Source of the DNA: Octopus sinensis
Taxonomy: Eukaryota
Assembly: GCF_006345805.1 (NCBI RefSeq)
Contig: NC_043012.1
Location: 9,424,001 to 9,488,000, forward strand
Length of the DNA stretch: 64,000 nucleotides
Direction: 5' to 3'
This document shows positions 1 through 10,745 of this stretch, in pieces. The position numbers were made by a program, and so were the translations under genes. Each line of letters begins with the position of its first letter. The stretch's first letter is position 1. Below the pieces are notes generated by a model that saw nothing but the letters and a program-made list of their open reading frames with translations, did no database searches and had not been told where the DNA came from.

Positions 1-289
1 GTAAAATATAATTTAGAACACAAGCAATTTGGAAAATATTTCTATAATAAATATCTCTGCTATTTTTCTAGATATTCTTATTGTAATATATTTATATATT
101 TTATTTAGATCATAGTTATCCCTGTGAAAATATTTAATAACTCTTCTTTTTCAGAAAAGCTGAAGAATTCAGGTCTTTCTTCGAAATTCTATATATTTTC
201 AAACACAACTCACCGTTGATGAGAGTTTGGCAAAAATTGATGAAGATTTCATAAGTTTTTTTAACTTATATAATTTATGTTCCATTTAA

Positions 290-506
290 GGAGGCTAGCT
301 GTCAGAATTGCTAGTACGTCAAGCAAAATACTCAGCGGTATTTCATCTACCGCCACGTTCTGAGTTCAAATTCCGTCGCGGTTAACTTTGTATTTCATCC
401 TTTCGGGAGCGATTAAATAAGTACCAGTTACGCATTGTGGTCGATGTAATCCACTTAATCCCTTTCCCCAAATTTGAGGTTTTGTACTTCCAGTAGAAAG
501 GATAAT
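290..506 (+). mobile_element. SINE family A, tail type 2, diverged
   Basis: Head GAGGCTAGCTGTCAGAA, B-box-like GAGTTCAAATTCC and body GTACCAGTTACGCA..GTCGATGTAATC match the other family A copies in the window; tail ends GTAGAAAGGATAATT. Confidence 0.85.
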
Positions 507-1578
507 TTATATGTTTCATGTCCAGGTTGATCCGAATATACTCTTAATGACTAACGCATGATTTAGAAGAGTGCATTTTCCTATTAGTTCGTTTCCATTC
601 TCTCCATGTGATAATTTGTACCTAAAGCTATCCATGCCCATCCCTAGTGATCGTCAGAGGTGACAGATGGAAAATGGTTTCCACCAAAGATTTATTGGCA
701 AATATTAGAGAGTCTACAGTCTCGCCCATAATTCTGTATTCTTTCCGCAATGAATATGAAGTTTGACGGTTAGGGGATCATCCGTCTTTTACCTTTGAGA
801 TTTCGAATATGGATAGAGCTCAGTTTATTAGCTGACCACTTATTTCTTCTCTTTCATAAGCTGTTGTAACCCACCCACAGGCTGATCACCAAGCCTGACC
901 TCTGATCTCTGACCTTTCGCCTGTGATACGTGGTTGTAATCCATCCACCAGCTAATCACCGATCATAACCACTCGCTTTCACTATATTGTCGATGGTCAT
1001 CCAAATGTTAACCAGTAATAGTTTTCTTTGATCTCTCATAAACAAGTGTATATCATCGAATAGTTGACCCCAAATTTTTACCGTTGACCTTTAATAAATT
1101 GTTATAGTCCATCCAACTGTTGAACACCTATTCTACGCACTGACCTCTCATATTGATAATCAACCATATAACAATTAATCTTCATCAATGATCATTCCTA
1201 TACCATTGTAGCTCATCTATTGACCACCACATTTCAATGTTGACGGTAGTAACTAACTCATGAAACAAATGATGCGGTGGCTTAAGCTTTCTTACCGGAC
1301 AGGAATTCTTGATAGATAATACTGTCTACCATTACACCAGAGGAGAGCACTGAGAATGCAACATGCTTACTGACATGACACTATAGCTAAGCTGGGATTG
1401 AACCCATATTTTGGTTTACCTTCGAATATCTAACGGAGTGGTGAAACATTTCGATTATCAGCTCAAGCAGAAGCCAGATTATGTTGCTTGTCCTTTCCTG
1501 TTTTACCACGTGTACTAACGTAAAGAGTGGATTTGGATGTAAACCAATTAAACTTCTTTATGGTATTGCCGTTATATT

Positions 1579-1789
1579 GCTAGCTGGCAGAATCACCAGT
1601 ACGCGGGACAAAATGTTTAGTATTTCGTCCGTCTTTACGTTCTGAGTTCAAATTCCACCGAGGTTAACATTGTCTTTCATCCTTCCGAGGTCGATAACAT
1701 ACTTACTAGTTGAGCCCTGGGATCAATGTAATCGACTTATCCGATCCCTCGAAATTTCTGACCTAGTGCCAACATTTCAAACCGTTATG
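1579..1789 (+). mobile_element. SINE family A, tail type 2, diverged
   Basis: GCTAGCTGGCAGAA head, TGAGTTCAAATTCCACCGAGG, GATCAATGTAATCGACTTA; CCGTTAT recurs at both flanks. Confidence 0.85.
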
Positions 1790-2759
1790 TTACTGGACTG
1801 GATGATCGAATCTGTACACTATTCTTTAATAACAGGTCTATCTAATTATGCTCATCGATTACATGACAACATGTTCGTTTCGGTTCATTACCAAGTGTTG
1901 TTTGTTCGCTAGACATCTCACCAATTGGTTACGTGATCGTTCTTCACGATTCAGCCAAAAGCTATTCTTAAAAAAACTCCAGAGGAAGCTTTATGATGTA
2001 ACGCAGGGCCCTGAGCTGTTTGGGCATCGATATACACGGAAACTTCTTGCCAGAAGAGTATTACTTTCTACACAAATTTTAGAAATTCGAAGCTCTTCAC
2101 TTAGAAATTTTCGTTTCAATACAATTTCACATTACGAGCAAACGTATCCACATAGAGATGAAACATGGGCGACCAGTTAAGAAATTCTCTTCGCAATCAT
2201 GAGATCCTTTAATCGATTCTACTGTCTGGCATCTTCGGCAAGTTTAATTCTTTTACCAAAGCCGAGTCTTGTAAGTATAATTTGGTAGACGTAAGCTGTA
2301 TGACAGCCCTTCTGGTAGATAGTACTTGTAATTTAGAGAGCCAGCCTAGTCACACTTGCATCACACTGGTGCCGACTTAGCGTTAGATTATAGTTACAAA
2401 GGGCCTGTGGAATATTCAACCACTTTGAACATTAGCTTAATGAATAGGTAATTCCGTCGATTGACCAATCGACATGGTCACCATGGAAGCGAGAAATAAA
2501 ACGAGAGACATCTACATGGTTACTCAATGTGCAAGAAATGGTAACCACATTTGACTCAAATCGTAACATTTAAGATGGAAGTCCCTATTGGATAATGTGT
2601 GCTTCGATATTGGGTGTATCAATAAAATATGGTATGGTCACAAATGGATTCCTTTTGATCATGAATGGTGTTCAATTATGGCATGAGTTGGGTTTCAACA
2701 AGTACAAAAATAATAGCATGCCTAATTGTTGTGTTAATTTCTAATTAACGCACAAGGAT

Positions 2760-2905
2760 ATCAAGTTTGATGACAATGATGTTAATCGAGTAGATCAACC
2801 CCAGTACTTTACTGGTACCTCGGTTTCATATCATCGCAGACCCTCAAGTGCTGGAAGTAATACCGCAAAGCATTTAGTCCGGCATTCTCACCTTTCTGCC
2901 AATCT
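2760..2905 (-). mobile_element. SINE family A, highly degenerate with internal deletion
   Basis: GATCAACCCCAGTACT..ACTGGTAC and GCAAAGCATTTAGTCCGGC..TTTCTGCCAA match the reverse complement of family A. Confidence 0.55.
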
Positions 2906-3118
2906 ACGAGTTATGTATAATATAATGTGTAACATTGTGTCTATATATGTGTTTGTGTGTCTACTTATGTATGTGTGTATGTATCTATGCATGTATTTAT
3001 ATATGCATGTATGTATATATGTATATGTGGTTGTATGTATGGATATATGCATTTGTGGTAGTATCTATGCATATATGTAAATATACATGTATTTATACAC
3101 TAATATTTTTGCCTATGC

Positions 3119-3159
<41 letters not shown>

Positions 3160-3188
3160 ATCAATGGTTAATGTTGCTGAAGCTAAAC

Positions 3189-3400
3189 CATAGTGTTGTT
3201 GAAACAGATCTGCGATTAGAGTCATTCCAACCGAAGGAAGCCCGTATACATTATCAGATATAGGGTACCAATTTTTGAGACTATACAATTTGAGGGAGAT
3301 CTTGACTCCTATTTCTGACAGGTCGAGCAAACTCGCAGAATCTGCGGTTGTCGGCTGGTAGCTAGTCAAGCGTTCGTCTATTTCTGGTTCTTTGTTACTG
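3189..3400 (-). CDS. Candidate coding exon, unidentified (SNKEPEIDERLTSYQPTTADSASLLDLSEIGVKISLKLYSLKNWYPISDNVYGLPSVGMTLIADLFQQHY)
   Basis: Non-repetitive stop-free frame with acceptor CTGTTTGTAG (AG at 3402-3401) and a weak donor ATG|GTTTAG; no recognisable homology. Confidence 0.2.
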
Positions 3401-3937
3401 CTACAAACAGACATCCTGTCTATCGTACGTACCATCTTGTTTATAGATGGAAACAGTGATATCTACTTATATGTACTTATAGGTCCTTTACAATTTTGAG
3501 AATGTTAAGTAGAGTTCTAGTTACCGCTCTCCAATATGTAATAATTTTCCAGCACTACTGAGGCGGAATTTGATAAGTTTCTGCTAAACACACTTTAAAC
3601 GCCATTCTTCTTCAAATTCTCAATATTCTCGGATAATGATGTTCCATACTTTGTTTTCAATTGCTTTTCCTGTATTATGTTTGACACTGTAGAGAATCAA
3701 ATATTACACATAGATTTTGATTTAAAGCGGCATCCTTTAATTCAATATAACTGTGTGTCGTTCTCATCCCTTGGCAGATCATTCACTCGATATTCTAACA
3801 TATTTTCTTAAACCTTTGTCATTTAACATGCACGATCATGATAGATCTTATCAAATTATAAAAACCGAAGACAACCCAACCAGAAATATCTGATTTTAAA
3901 AAATGTATCATTCTTTCTCTTCTCCTCTACTCGTATT

Positions 3938-3940
<3 letters not shown>

Positions 3941-4021
<81 letters not shown>

Positions 4022-4034
4022 TATCAGATATCAG

Positions 4035-4058
<24 letters not shown>
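3941..4058. repeat. (TA)n microsatellite with embedded (ATATCAG)x3
   Basis: Direct reading of the sequence. Confidence 0.95.
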
Positions 4059-4070
<12 letters not shown>

Positions 4071-4353
4071 ACATGAAAGAATGTTTGAAAATGCAATTTT
4101 AAAGATGTTTATTCACTTGAGCGGTTTCACTTTTTTAGAAAAAACTTGTCAAAAGTAAAATGTAAAGCTTTATGTAATCTTGGTTGTGTTAAGTACCGGT
4201 TGTTACAAAAGTATTAAAATACATATATACATTCTTTGATAATAATAAGAAAATGTTAAAAACAGTTAACAAGAAAGTATTTAAGAAAGTATTCAACAAA
4301 AAGTACTAGAAGTTCAATAAAAATCATGTTTGTTTGGTAGTATATATATATAT

Positions 4354-4662
4354 ATCACCGTGATCACCGTGACCGACCAGGCTATCAGATGTTGTTACAC
4401 ATCGCTGGTCACAATGCGCTTCGTATTGTTTTAGCCTTCAAATGACGCCAACCCGCTGGCTAAGCGAGCAGGCCAACAGAGGAAAGAGTGAGAGAAAGTT
4501 GTGGCGAAAGAGTACAGCAGGGCTCGTCACCACCCCCTGCCGGAGCCTTGTGGAGCTTTTGGTGTTTTCGCTCAATAAACACTCACAACGCCCGGTCTGG
4601 GAATCGAAACCGCGATCCTACGACCGCGAGTCCGTTGCCCTAACCACTAGGCCATTGCGCCT

Positions 4663-4665
<3 letters not shown>
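4354..4665 (-). mobile_element. SINE family B (tRNA head), tail type 1, in (TA)n
   Basis: Reverse complement of TGGAGGCGCAATGGCCTAGTGGTTAGGGCAACGGACTCGCGG... ending GGTCACGGTGATCACGGTGAT; near-identical to 40397-40700; TA repeats on both sides. Confidence 0.92.
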
Positions 4666-4755
<90 letters not shown>

Positions 4756-4942
4756 ATAAACATATAATAAATATTAGGGAATATATCCAAATTTACAGGA
4801 AAAAAAAATCAGATTTAGGATTAAATCCAATTATATAGTAAAATATTATAAAATATTATTTGAGACAAAACCACTATTTTGCAAAACAAACAAGGAAAGA
4901 CTTAATCAATACATAAAATTTAATAAATAGTCAAAAAAACCG

Positions 4943-4985
4943 CCACTACAATCGTTTCTTGTCTTGATCGACAATCTTCAGGTGG
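4943..4985 (-). ncRNA. Minimal type I hammerhead ribozyme motif (P1 left arm)
   Basis: Minus strand reads CCAC-CUGAAGA-UUGUC gaucaa GACAA-GAAA-C gauu G-UA-GUGG: intact core with stems I, II and III. Confidence 0.8.
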
Positions 4986-5503
4986 ACTTCCAATCTAAAA
5001 ATCAAAATTTTAAAATATAAAAATAATACTTTTAAATAATTAAAGTATAAATGAAAAAATATAAGTATATAATCCATATATAACCTATATATAATCCATA
5101 TCGAAAATATAGACTAATTACCACGAATTCCCTAAAAAAACCATGATAAAACAAAACTCTTAAAAACATATAACGATAAAATCTCCCTTTGCTAAACTCT
5201 ATAACAAACCTATAAAGTAAACCCCCTAACCTAAACATTCACACACAAATACACACACGTAAACCACAGACTCACACATAGGTTTGTTATAGAGTTTAGC
5301 AAAGGGAGATTTTATCGTTATATGTTTTTAAGAGTTTTGTTTTATCATGGTTTTTTTAGGAATTCGTGGTAATTAGTCTATATTTTCGATATGGATTATA
5401 TATAGGTTATATATGGATTATACTTATATTTTTTCATTTATACTTTAATTATTTAAAAGTATTATTTTTATATTTTAAAATTTTGATTTTTTAGATTGGA
5501 AGT

Positions 5504-5546
5504 CCACCTGAAGATTGTCGATCAAGACAAGAAACGATTGTAGTGG
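5504..5546 (+). ncRNA. Minimal type I hammerhead ribozyme motif (P1 right arm)
   Basis: CCAC(5504-07) CTGAAGA(5508-14) TTGTC/GACAA stem II, GAAA(5531-34), C-gatt-G, predicted GUA cleavage after 5542, GTGG(5543-46). Confidence 0.8.
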
Positions 5547-5639
5547 CGTTTTTTTGACTATTTATTAAATTTTATGTATTGATTAAGTCTTTCCTTGTTT
5601 TGCAAAATAGTGGTTTTGTCTCAAATAATATTTATATAA

Positions 5640-5675
<36 letters not shown>

Positions 5676-6605
5676 TATACAGAAGGAGATATATTTAAGA
5701 ATTTACACAAAATTGGAGACGAACTGACCTGTCTTTCTGACATTATTCTGTCTTGTGTGTAGCTATGGAATATTTGCTATTTTAAGGGACAGTGTGGGAG
5801 GTTGGTTGGGGTGGGAAAGAAGAGCAATGTGGAATTAGTGTGTCATGGTTCAGTGGGTTTGGGGACTGGTCAAAGAGGTCAGAATGGTGTATGTGTGTGT
5901 CTCTCTATGCATGTCTCTATGTGTGTGTTTATATACATGTGCTTATGTTTGTTTGTGGGGGCCGTATTTGATTCATCACAGAGTTTATTGTGGCGGGTGT
6001 ATATATGTTGGTGTGTGCTTTATATTTGGTAGGATGGTGTGATTATTATTTGTCAGGGTGTTGTGTGCGCGCATGTGTGTGCATGTGTGTGTTCGCGTGT
6101 GTGTATGTGTGCGTTTTTATTGTTATAATTCTCCTGGTGATGTGTATGTGTATGTGTGTAATTGGTATTTGTCAGGGTGTTGTGTGTGCGTCTGTGTGTG
6201 TATGTGTTTGTCCGCGTGTGTGTGTGCGACTCTGTGTGTGTGCGTGTGTATGTTTGTGTGTATTGTGTTGGTGGGGATGTTATGTGTGTGTACGTGAGCG
6301 AATGAGTGAGTGTGTGTCTCTGTCTGAGTATGTTTGTCTTGTTTTAATTGTCCTTGTGGTGTGTGTGTGTGTGTTGTGTGTGATAGCAACCGTATGTGTG
6401 TGAGGGTGCATATGTATGTGTGTGTGGGTATGTATGGGTGTGTATGTGTGTATGAGTGTGCTGTATTTATCAGAAAGAAAGAGGAGAAAAGAAAGAAAGA
6501 GAAAGGAGGAAAGAAGAGGAAAAAGGGAAGAAAGAAAGAAAGCAAAAGGACTTTAAGTGTTGTCCACCCCACACCTGTTTTTTTTTTGGTGTTTTTTTCC
6601 TTTTG

Positions 6606-6634
6606 AAGAGGTCACCATCCTTAAACCCATTCCA
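6606..6634. repeat. Short core of an unclassified dispersed repeat (inverted copy at 45737-45765)
   Basis: AAGAGGTCACCATCCTTAAACCCATTCCA matches the reverse complement of 45737-45765 at 28/29 positions. Confidence 0.5.
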
Positions 6635-7046
6635 TACAAGGAGGAATTCCAACCAAATTTAGCTGTTTTTTCCCTCAACAGCTGCTTTATAGGATGCCGT
6701 GTCTAAAGATACCATCCGGTGGAACTCAAATACCGTTTTCGACGTGGTGCCCCCCCCCCACCTTTCGGAGGTGTCTTTAGCTCTAATGTTGAGTGCATTC
6801 CTTCTTTCTCCTTTTTTTCTGCTGTTCTTTGGTTTCTTCGATGTATGTATATATAAATAATCTATATTACATATATGTATATATTATTTGTAATTAACAT
6901 TATAAATATAATATATATATATATGTATGTATGTATATGAATATAACATGTATGTATGAGTGTGTATGTGTTTGTCCGTGTGTGTGTGACATATCACACA
7001 TATATCACATATTTTTATCATGTGAATAATACATTTCCTCGCTGCA

Positions 7047-7085
7047 GAGTCCGCTGCCCTAACCACTGGGCCATTGTGCCTCCAC
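7047..7085 (-). mobile_element. SINE family B, head only
   Basis: Reverse complement of GTGGAGGCACAATGGCCCAGTGGTTAGGGCAGCGGACTC. Confidence 0.8.
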
Positions 7086-7341
7086 TCCTCGCTACTGTTA
7101 CACTCTCTGCTGTTGTTGGTGTTGTTGTTGGTGATGTCAATACTGCTACCCCAGTTGACCCGTCGTCGTCGCTATTCCTTCTGCTGTCACCACTATTGCC
7201 GCTGCTGCTACTGCCGCTGCTGCTACCGCCGCTGCCGCCTTGTCACATCTGATTCTTTTAATGCCACAACTATTGCCGCTTTTGCCTTTATTACTATTGC
7301 TGCAGTTGTTGTGGTTGCTTTTGATAATGTTTTTGTTGTTG

Positions 7342-7600
7342 CTATTGTTGTTTGTCGAACTTGCAACTCTCGATTGCCGCTATATTAGCTGACCTTTGCA
7401 CTGTGATCAGTATGATTTTAACCTCCCCTTCGGTGAGTAGAAAGCAGCCGTTGTTTGCATAGCTGTAGTTTATGTTGCGTTTGTGAACATTGCTTTTGTT
7501 TTTCACTAGTTTTTGCTCCGCCATGAAGTTGGAAGCAGTATGAGGTGTTCTTGCTATCTCATCATTGAAACCGTTAATGGGCACTAACGACGCCATAACT
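7342..7600 (-). CDS. Candidate coding exon, unidentified (VMASLVPINGFNDEIARTPHTASNFMAEQKLVKNK...)
   Basis: Unique-sequence open frame behind a pyrimidine-rich acceptor TTGTTTCCCTCGTTAG; no recognisable homology. Confidence 0.2.
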
Positions 7601-7803
7601 CTAACGAGGGAAACAAACACAAATTAAAACAAGCGAATATTACAAAATTTTGGCTCTTTAGGGCACAATTTCACAATACTTCTCTTCACTCAGTGAAGCA
7701 GAGTATCTTATTTCAAGAGTCAATAAAAAGTTTTGAATATTAAACAAATTATTTCAACAAAATTTAACAAAACTTCGGCAGGCAACACAAGTGCCAGACA
7801 CAA

Positions 7804-7805
<2 letters not shown>

Positions 7806-7858
<53 letters not shown>
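7806..7858. repeat. (AAT)n microsatellite
   Basis: Direct reading. Confidence 0.95.
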
Positions 7859-7859
<1 letters not shown>

Positions 7860-8112
7860 TTAAATTATGCACAAAAGTGAAAGGCAAATATATTTGCACA
7901 TGATACTCACTAAACACATATATCGTCATATCTAATCGAATATATAGGATCAAATCACACACGCACGTATATGTGTGTATGTATGTATGCATGTATGTAT
8001 GTATGTATATATAAATATATATATATATAAATGTATGTATGTATATATCTATATATATATATATATAAAATAATTATTTGAGGGAATATTATTCGTAACT
8101 TACAGGAAAATT

Positions 8113-8212
8113 NNNNNNNNNNNNNNNNNNNNNNNNNNNNNNNNNNNNNNNNNNNNNNNNNNNNNNNNNNNNNNNNNNNNNNNNNNNNNNNNNNNNNNNN
8201 NNNNNNNNNNNN
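8113..8212. other. Assembly gap (100 N)
   Basis: Run of N. Confidence 1.
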
Positions 8213-8368
8213 TCGACCCCAGTGCGTAAATGGTACATAATTTATCGACCGCGAAAGGATGAAAGGCAAAGTCGACCTCGGATAAAATTTGAAATCGGAA
8301 GGTAACGCAGACGAAATACGGCTACGCATTTTCGCACGGCGTGCTAACTTTTCTGCCAGCTCGCCGCC
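8213..8368 (-). mobile_element. SINE family A, cut by the gap
   Basis: TCGACCCCAGTGCGTAA..GATGAAAGGCAAAGTCGACCTCGG..TTCTGCCAGCTCGCCGCC. Confidence 0.9.
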
Positions 8369-8389
8369 TTATGACCTGATGAAATACCT

Positions 8390-8619
8390 ATTTCTTTACT
8401 ACCCACAAGGGGCTAAACATAGAGAGGACAAACAAGGACAGACAAAGGTATTAAGTCGATTACAATCGACCCAGTGCGTAACTGGTACTTAATTTATCGA
8501 CCCACGAAAGGATGAAAGGCAAAGTCAACTCAGCGGAATTTGAACTCAGAGCGTAACGGCAGCCGAAATACCGCTAGGTATTTTGCCCAGCGTACTAACG
8601 TTTCTGCCAGCTAGCTGCC
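8390..8619 (-). mobile_element. SINE family A, tail type 1, full length
   Basis: ATTTCTTTACTACCCACAAGGGGCTAAAC tail through TTCTGCCAGCTAGCTGCC head. Confidence 0.92.
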
Positions 8620-9399
8620 TTAAATAAGTTATCAACACACAGATTAAGTTGATCGTGTTATTCTTTCAACTACAAATCAGTCTCTCGCATGTTTGATGTA
8701 ATTGTTAACACTTGGAGAATTATTTTGTTGTAACCCACGCTGAATCGTGGTGACTTAACAGAAGCCCTTCAGATTAAAAAAAATATTCAGTCAAATTGAT
8801 ATTAGGTCAGATTATAAATAAACAGTTAATTTACATTTCAGGTGAATTAAGTTATGCTTTAATCATTATATATCAGGATAAAGGTCATCAGCGGTTTTCA
8901 TAATAAACCATTGAAGAAAATATTAGCATAACAGACACGTCAGGATAATAGACATAATAATAGAGAAGCAAAACGGATACGTCACAAGAGCACTGCCTAA
9001 GCAAGAATTTATTTACTTATTACTTTTATGTAGTAATGAAAGAAGCTTGTTTATAATTTCTGAATAGTACGGAGTAAGTAATACTTTGAAAGACTTCTGT
9101 TAAAACGAAACACTGGTAAGGATTCACACGAACGTTATTAAGTGTAAGATAATGTTTAGAGATGGTAGAAAATATAAAATATCACAAGGAATAAAAACGA
9201 AAAAAGATTACTGATTTAGAATACTTACAACAAATATACAACAAACCATAATAATGATAATAATTAATTAATAATAATAATAATATATAATAATATAATA
9301 ATACATAAATAATAATAATAATATCAGTATAATATAATAATCAAAATAATAAAAATATTAATAAAAATATAATAATGATTAATAGTAAATAATATGAAT

Positions 9400-9411
9400 A
9401 CATAATACCCC

Positions 9412-9442
<31 letters not shown>

Positions 9443-9452
9443 GTAACACATA

Positions 9453-9493
<41 letters not shown>

Positions 9494-9586
9494 AATAATA
9501 ATAATAATATTAATAATAATTATAATGATAATAATGATAATGATGATAATAATAATAATGATAATAATAATAATAATAATGATAAT
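9400..9586. repeat. Compound (AAT)n/(GAT)n microsatellite
   Basis: Direct reading. Confidence 0.9.
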
Positions 9587-9861
9587 AAATAAATGAGAAA
9601 GAAAGCAAACGATGCTGGATCATAGATATAGCATTCCCAGCTGACAAAAAGTATGCTATAATTAAGAATGAAAAGTCGATAGATATAACAGGTTGGGAGG
9701 TTAAGCAGTTGTGGACGTTGAAAAAAGTGGCAATAGTACCAATAATTGTCGGAGCCCTGGGAACAGTGAGTACAAATCTTGAGAAGTACATGGAACAAAT
9801 AGGAGCTGTTATAAAGGTGGAGCACTTACATAAAACAGCACTGCTTGGAACCGCTCGAATA
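9587..9861 (+). mobile_element. R4/Dong-clade non-LTR retrotransposon, C-terminal REL endonuclease fragment
   Basis: Translates with a frameshift to KRCWIIDIAFPAD...KQLWTLKKVAIVPIIVGALGTVSTNLEKYMEQIG...LHKTALLGTARI, the typical R4/Dong C-terminus; (AAT)-rich flanks. Confidence 0.85.
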
Positions 9862-10420
9862 GTAATAACAGTAAAAATAATGATAATGAAGAATGAAGCG
9901 AGATTTTTAGACAGAAGAAGGAACAAACTTTATAATAAAACGTGAAACGAAGAAACCAATTATGAAATGAAAAGTGTGGAAAAATTCAGAGATACCTAAA
10001 CAAATTATCTAATTAGGGAATAGAAGAATATAATTTAACATTACGAAGTTGTAAAGTACGATAGCATGGAGATGCTGGAATGATTTTGATAGAATATTTA
10101 TATATTTATCTCTTACAAAGCGAATTTAAAATGTATTCCGGAACTTGGAAGTGTGAGCGCTTTTCTAGACGTTTAAATTATATAGTACGTATCTAAAATA
10201 CTAACAACACAACTGTCCAAAATTTTGTTTTAATGAATATCAGAGCTGATAAAAGATTCACTGAAGCCGTCAAAAACGGCTGAGGCAAAAAATGGCAACG
10301 TAATTACGGTTGTTTTGAAGATAAGAGTTGAGTTAATCCGCAGCGCTCGTCTGCAATTATCCAGTAAATTCGGTCTGATTAAAATTTTTAGTTGGAGTGA
10401 GAAGATATCTGTGTGTAGGT

Positions 10421-10745
10421 ATCTTTTATCTTTTAATTGTTGCAGTCATAACATTCGACTGAGGACATGCTGGGGCACCGGCTTGCATTTTTTAGTCGAC
10501 CAAATCGACATTAGGGCTATTTGAAGCCTAGTACTTAATTTATCTTTTTCTTCTGCTGAATTGCTAGGTTACAGCGATACAAACACACCAACACTGGTTG
10601 TCAAGGTTGATGGGGCAAATACACACACACAGAAACGCACACATTTCGTACAATCAAATCCACTCACAAGGCTTTGATCGGCCCGATGTTATAGTAGAAA
10701 ACAACTTTCCCAAGGTGCCACGCATCGGGACTGAAGCAAACGTGG
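10421..10745 (-). mobile_element. SINE family D, degenerate
   Basis: TCCACTCACAAGGCTTTGATCGGCCCGA..CCCAAGGTGCCACGCA..GGGACTGAA plus the tail module GGCACCG..TAGTCGACCAAATCGAC. Confidence 0.75.

Larger units (their letters stand above)
4772..5640. mobile_element. Penelope-like pLTR/retrozyme-like element P1 with inverted duplicated arm
   Basis: Arms 4847-5213 and 5278-5636 are inverted copies differing by a few small indels; each contains a hammerhead motif; flanked by (TA)n; related fragments at 8068-8112 and 39490-39625. Confidence 0.7.

Noticed and set aside
1848-2180. 110-aa plus-strand ORF
   Set aside because: No recognisable domain, no convincing splice signals, and it is adjacent to decayed repeats.
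6735-6775. GAAAACGGTA and an ACACCT/AGGTGT hairpin suggesting another ribozyme
   Set aside because: No CUGANGA-type core on either strand; only a simple hairpin inside an unclassified repeat.
7086-7340. GC-richer Ala/Ser/Thr-like ORFs
   Set aside because: Degenerate (GCT/GTT/GCC)n trinucleotide low-complexity sequence next to a SINE head.
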